NCBI GenBank assembly: GCA_963664405.1
Contig: OY761158.1
Location: 960,001 to 1,024,000 of the forward strand
Direction of reading: 5' to 3'
DNA: 64,000 nucleotides
DNA from: Thermoanaerobaculia bacterium
GTDB lineage: Bacteria > Acidobacteriota > Thermoanaerobaculia > Multivoradales > Multivoraceae
A program made the translations under genes and the position numbers. Numbering within the stretch: position 1 is the stretch's first letter; each line of letters opens with the position of its first letter. The notes under the pieces were generated by a model, which was not told the origin of the DNA, did not search any database, and worked only from the letters and a program-made list of their open reading frames with translations. Positions 59,882-64,000 of this stretch are shown here, piece after piece.

Positions 59882-60748
59882 TCACTCGGCCCCGTCCGCC
59901 TCCGGGACATCTTTCGCACCATCCCGCTTTCGTAATTGAATACTGCCGTTGACGGTCTCCATCTTGAGCTGGCTGCCGCCGCCGTTCAGCGTGCCTCGGA
60001 GGCTCCTGCGCCGCCAACTATCGGAGCCGCCCTCGACCAGCACCGCAAAGTCTGTATTCACCGCGCCATGGACCGTGGAGGCGACAACATCCGCCTGGAC
60101 GTCGGCGGGGAGATAGACGGTGATGCCGCCGTTGGTGGTACGAAAATCGCAGTCGCTGGCTTGATCGACCGCGACGAGCTCAACACGAATGTTGCCGTTG
60201 ATGGTATGCGCTCGAGCGGGACCGGCTGCCTGGACGATGCGAATCTGTCCGTTGGTTGTCTCAGCTTCGATCCTTCCACTCACAGAGTCGATCTCTACGT
60301 TGCCGTTGACGGTCAGGCCCTTGAGGCCCACCTCTCGCGGCAGAGTCAGGCGATAAGAGACCCTGTACTGAACCTCGCGGCCAAAGAGCCAGCTCATGGA
60401 GCCGGAGCGCCGCTTGGGAAGAACGGTGCTGATGTGCAGGCCGTCGGTGGTGTGCTCCACTTCGATCGCGATTTCCTTCATGGCGCTTTCGGCGCGATCG
60501 CGCCCCATGGTCTTGACCATCTTGGTGGCCTCGACTCGCACTTCGTCACCGTCCCAGCTGGTGAACTCGAGACTTCCGTTGACGTTTTCTACGGAGACCA
60601 ACTTTCCGGCCTCGATGGGAAAGCTCTCGCTCCACTCCTCGTGCAGCACCTCGGCACTGAGCGAGGCAGCTGCGAAGAGTCCAAACAGTAGGACCAGACT
60701 TAGAACTCGTAGGCGAACAGACTCAAGCATGATCAAGAGGCCTCCCAC
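59882..60748 (-). CDS. DUF4097 beta-strand repeat protein
   Basis: Signal peptide, repeated TVNG/TTNG units. Confidence 0.8.
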   Translation of the reverse strand: MGGLLIMLESVRLRVLSLVLLFGLFAAASLSAEVLHEEWSESFPIEAGKLVSVENVNGSLEFTSWDGDEVRVEATKMVKTMGRDRAESAMKEIAIEVEHTTDGLHISTVLPKRRSGSMSWLFGREVQYRVSYRLTLPREVGLKGLTVNGNVEIDSVSGRIEAETTNGQIRIVQAAGPARAHTINGNIRVELVAVDQASDCDFRTTNGGITVYLPADVQADVVASTVHGAVNTDFAVLVEGGSDSWRRRSLRGTLNGGGSQLKMETVNGSIQLRKRDGAKDVPEADGAE

Positions 60749-60778
60749 CCATTCCTACGCACTCCGGCGGCGCGAGTT

Positions 60779-62458
60779 TCACTCGTCCGTCACGCAACCT
60801 TCCGACGCCGATTTCACATTTTTGATGTACTTGTACAAAGTACCGCGAGTTGCCTTCAAGGCCGGCGCCCGCCACTCCCGTTGACGCCGCTCCCATTCGT
60901 CGCCGTCGAGGCTCGCATCGATGGAGCCCGATTCTGCGTCGATCGTCACGGTGTCGCCATCGCACAACAGTGCTATCGGCCCCCCCAGCTGTGCTTCGGG
61001 AGTGATGTGCCCGATCAAGAATCCATGGGAGCCACCCGAGAACCGCCCGTCGGTGAGAAGGGCTACATCCTTTTCGAGACCCGCTCCGACGATGGCTGAC
61101 GTGGGAGTCAACATCTCCGGCATTCCCGGCCCCCCCTGCGGTCCTTCATAGCGGATGACGATGGCATCGCCCTTGGCGATACGGCCCTGCTCCAAAGCTC
61201 CGAGCATCTCTTCTTCCGAGTCGAAAACACGAGCAGGTCCGCTGAAGGAGAGACCCTCTTTGCCGGTGATCTTGGCCACCGCGCCGTCAGGAGCAAGACT
61301 GCCGCGAAGAATGCGGAGATGCCCAACCGGGCTCAGAGGATCACGGATCGGCCGAATAATCTCTTGGCCATCGCTCAAGCTCTCGACTTCTTGGAGATTC
61401 TCGGCCAAAGTCTTGCCGGTAACGGTAACGCAGTCTCCGCGCAGCAGACCCTCGTCGAGGAGAAGCTTGAGCACCGCCGGAGTGCCGCCGGCCTCATGGA
61501 GGTCCGCCATCACGAAGCGGCCGCTGGGCTTGAAGTCACCGAGTAGAGGCACTCGCCTACTCACGTTCTCGAAGTCGTCGATCGTGATGTCGACTCCTAC
61601 TGAGCGCCCCATCGCGATCAGATGAAGCACGGCGTTGGTAGAGCCGCCCATCGCCACCACGGTCACGATCGCGTTCTCGAAGGCGTCGCGAGTCATGATG
61701 TCTCGTGGCTTGAGATCCAGCTCCAATAGCCGCCGGATCGCTTCCCCGGCCTGGAGGCACTCCTCCACCTTCGCCGCCGAGATTGCAGGGGCCGAAGAGC
61801 TGAACGGCAAGCTCATCCCTAGTGCCTCGATCGCGCTCGCCATCGTATTCGCTGTATACATACCGCCGCAGGCGCCGGCACCGGGACAGGCGTCATGGAG
61901 AATCGCCTCGCGATCGTCAGCACTCAGCTTTCCGGCGATGAGCTCTCCGTAGCTCTGAAACGCCGAGATCACGTCGATCGGCTGACCCTGCCACAAACCG
62001 GGCTGTATGGTGCCGCCATAGATCATGATCGAGGGCCGGTTGAGCCGCCCCATCGCCATCACGCAGCCAGGCATATTTTTGTCGCAGCCCGGAAGCGAAA
62101 CATTGGCGTCGTACCACTGAGCCTCCATGACCGTCTCGATCGAATCGGCGATCAAATCACGGGACTGAAGGGAGTAGCTCATTCCCGAAGTGCCCATGGA
62201 GATCCCGTCGCTAACCCCGATGGTGTTGAAACGAAGGCCTACGAGCCCTGCGGCTTCGACCCCCTCCTTGACCTTGGCGGCAAGATCCAGAAGGTGCATG
62301 TTGCAGGTATTGCCCTCCCACCACATACTCGAGATGCCGACCTGCGGCTTGGTCATATCCTCTTGACGCAGGCCCGCCCCATAGAGCATGGCCTGGGAAG
62401 CACCCTGCGATTCGACTTCGGTGATGTGAGAGCTCCAGACGTTCAGTTTCTTCGCCAT
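60779..62458 (-). CDS. ilvD: Dihydroxy-acid dehydratase
   Basis: [34 protein letters not shown]. Confidence 0.95.
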   Translation of the reverse strand: MAKKLNVWSSHITEVESQGASQAMLYGAGLRQEDMTKPQVGISSMWWEGNTCNMHLLDLAAKVKEGVEAAGLVGLRFNTIGVSDGISMGTSGMSYSLQSRDLIADSIETVMEAQWYDANVSLPGCDKNMPGCVMAMGRLNRPSIMIYGGTIQPGLWQGQPIDVISAFQSYGELIAGKLSADDREAILHDACPGAGACGGMYTANTMASAIEALGMSLPFSSSAPAISAAKVEECLQAGEAIRRLLELDLKPRDIMTRDAFENAIVTVVAMGGSTNAVLHLIAMGRSVGVDITIDDFENVSRRVPLLGDFKPSGRFVMADLHEAGGTPAVLKLLLDEGLLRGDCVTVTGKTLAENLQEVESLSDGQEIIRPIRDPLSPVGHLRILRGSLAPDGAVAKITGKEGLSFSGPARVFDSEEEMLGALEQGRIAKGDAIVIRYEGPQGGPGMPEMLTPTSAIVGAGLEKDVALLTDGRFSGGSHGFLIGHITPEAQLGGPIALLCDGDTVTIDAESGSIDASLDGDEWERRQREWRAPALKATRGTLYKYIKNVKSASEGCVTDE

Positions 62459-62493
62459 CTTGCCTTCTCCTCGCGGGGATTGTAGAACGGCAA

Positions 62494-63585
62494 GTGGTGA
62501 GAGCGCGAAGACCCTCGACAAGCTTCCTCGGTCGCCTCCGGCCGAGTGCTCTTGCTTTGATGGCAGCGCTTGTATTGTGGGGTGCCGGAGCCCTCGGCAC
62601 GCCGTCGCCAGCCCTCCTCGCCGCTGCCCTCTTCTGCGTCCTGGTACTCGTACCTACCGCGGCCTTCCGGTCTATACGATCGGGCATTCAGCCAGGCTCC
62701 TTGGCGACCTGGAGGCGTTTTGCTCCGGCCCTGCTCCTCTACTCGACGAGCTCCCTGTTCACTCTGCACTTTCTTTCCGACCTCTTCGTGCCGACGGCGG
62801 ACACGGTATTGCACTCGACGACGAGGACCCCGCCCAGCAGCACACAGAAGCTACGCATCCTCAGCCTCAACGTATGGCACGGCTATCCCGGCATGCATGA
62901 CCACGAGAGGCGTTACCAGCACATTCGCACCACCCTCGACGAGCTCGACCTCGACCTCATATTTGTGCAGGAAGCCTGGAGCACGCCCGCCTTCGGCCGC
63001 TTCGTCGAGCGCCTGGGCCGGGACCTGGATCTGTGGGCGGCCTACGCCCGGGCGAATGGCTCACTGCGCTTCCTCGGCTTCGAAGAGGGCCTCGGCATTC
63101 TCAGCCGCCATCGTCTCGAGGAGGTCGAGAAGATGAACCTGGCGCCACGATGGCCACCTTGGGAAATGCGCGCCGCTCTCGAAGCGGTCACCGTCCTGCC
63201 GGAAGGCGATCGACTACGACTCGCAAACACTCACCTCTCCGGGCGCAGTCCTTCAGCCAGAGTCGGCCAGGCGTCGGCACTGGCAGCGGCTCTGATCGAG
63301 TCCAACACCAGCCTTGTGGCCGGCGATCTCAATGCTGGGGCCCGAGCTCCGACCCTTCGCACCCTAGAGGCGGTCCCGATGCAGCCTCTAATCTCCGAGC
63401 GCATCGATCACATCTTGGCTTCGCCGGCTCTTCTCGAAGGTTGGGAAATCCGCTCCACTCGAGCGCTTCACCTGGGTCAAGGCGCGCTGGAAGAAAAGAT
63501 CTCTGATCACCCGGCTTTGCTGGTCGAGATCAAACGCAGATCGGCGGCGGAGGAGGTACTCGAGGTCGGCTCGGGCGGTATCTGA
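62494..63585 (+). CDS. Membrane-anchored endonuclease/exonuclease/phosphatase family protein; start uncertain
   Basis: SLNV, QE, NTHL, GDLN, IDHI, SDH. Confidence 0.85.
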   Translation: MVRARRPSTSFLGRLRPSALALMAALVLWGAGALGTPSPALLAAALFCVLVLVPTAAFRSIRSGIQPGSLATWRRFAPALLLYSTSSLFTLHFLSDLFVPTADTVLHSTTRTPPSSTQKLRILSLNVWHGYPGMHDHERRYQHIRTTLDELDLDLIFVQEAWSTPAFGRFVERLGRDLDLWAAYARANGSLRFLGFEEGLGILSRHRLEEVEKMNLAPRWPPWEMRAALEAVTVLPEGDRLRLANTHLSGRSPSARVGQASALAAALIESNTSLVAGDLNAGARAPTLRTLEAVPMQPLISERIDHILASPALLEGWEIRSTRALHLGQGALEEKISDHPALLVEIKRRSAAEEVLEVGSGGI

Positions 63586-63671
63586 TAGCCTGCTGTACAA
63601 CGGTGGACTCAGACAGGCTGTGTAGGGCGTTAGGCGATGTTCGTGTAACCCCCTCAGCAAGGAGAAAGCGC

Positions 63672-64000
63672 ATGAGCAAGAAAGTATTCAGCGTCGCACT
63701 CGTTCTCACCCTCATCTCCGGTCTCTCCGGGATCGTCTTCGCTCTTGATCAGTGGAGCGGTGAGGGAGAAGTCGTCGAGATGGGCTGTTATGAGAAGAGG
63801 GAAGCGACCGGAGCGGGCCACGCAGCCTGCGCCAAGAAGTGCCTCAGCGGCGGTGCCGAGATGGGCCTCCTCCTTGAGGATGGCAGCATCGTCAAGCTGG
63901 TAGCTGGAGAGAACGAAGCGGCCTACAAGAGCCTCATCGATCTCGCCGGAATGCAGGCGAAGGTGAGCGGTAGTGAGGCCGACGGCACCGTCACCGTGAT
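63672..64000 (+). CDS. Small exported Cys/His protein (runs off window)
   Basis: AAGGAG RBS, signal peptide, GEVVEMGCY...HAACAKKC. Confidence 0.75.
   Translation, partial: MSKKVFSVALVLTLISGLSGIVFALDQWSGEGEVVEMGCYEKREATGAGHAACAKKCLSGGAEMGLLLEDGSIVKLVAGENEAAYKSLIDLAGMQAKVSGSEADGTVTV

Overview
GC-rich bacterial chromosomal window. Gene content (sulfatases, DUF3604, PQQ propellers, DUF4097) suggests an Acidobacteria- or Planctomycete-like organism; this is inference only. It holds about 50 CDS, including recQ, typA, proC, ilvD, acuI, a mazEF-type pair, a two-component cluster and a nuoEF / mobA-moaD / aor / fdhA operon. A nest of IS elements (IS481, IS6, two IS5, IS91 and integrase fragments) spans 48.5-55.6 kb. 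Signals not visible in the ORF track: (1) five copies of a ~166-bp CTAG-bounded palindromic element with strand-specific G-U pairs and compensatory changes; one copy is inserted in frame (+54 codons) in a gene and two supply stop codons; (2) two probable selenoproteins split at in-frame TGA codons (AhpD-like CxxU, and an exported thioredoxin/PDZ CxxU), each followed by a SECIS-like hairpin; (3) a second small repeat (40-bp palindrome plus REP-like hairpin) in two copies; (4) an FABP-like lipid-binding protein. No tRNA, rRNA or CRISPR array was seen. All family calls come from motif recognition, not database searches.
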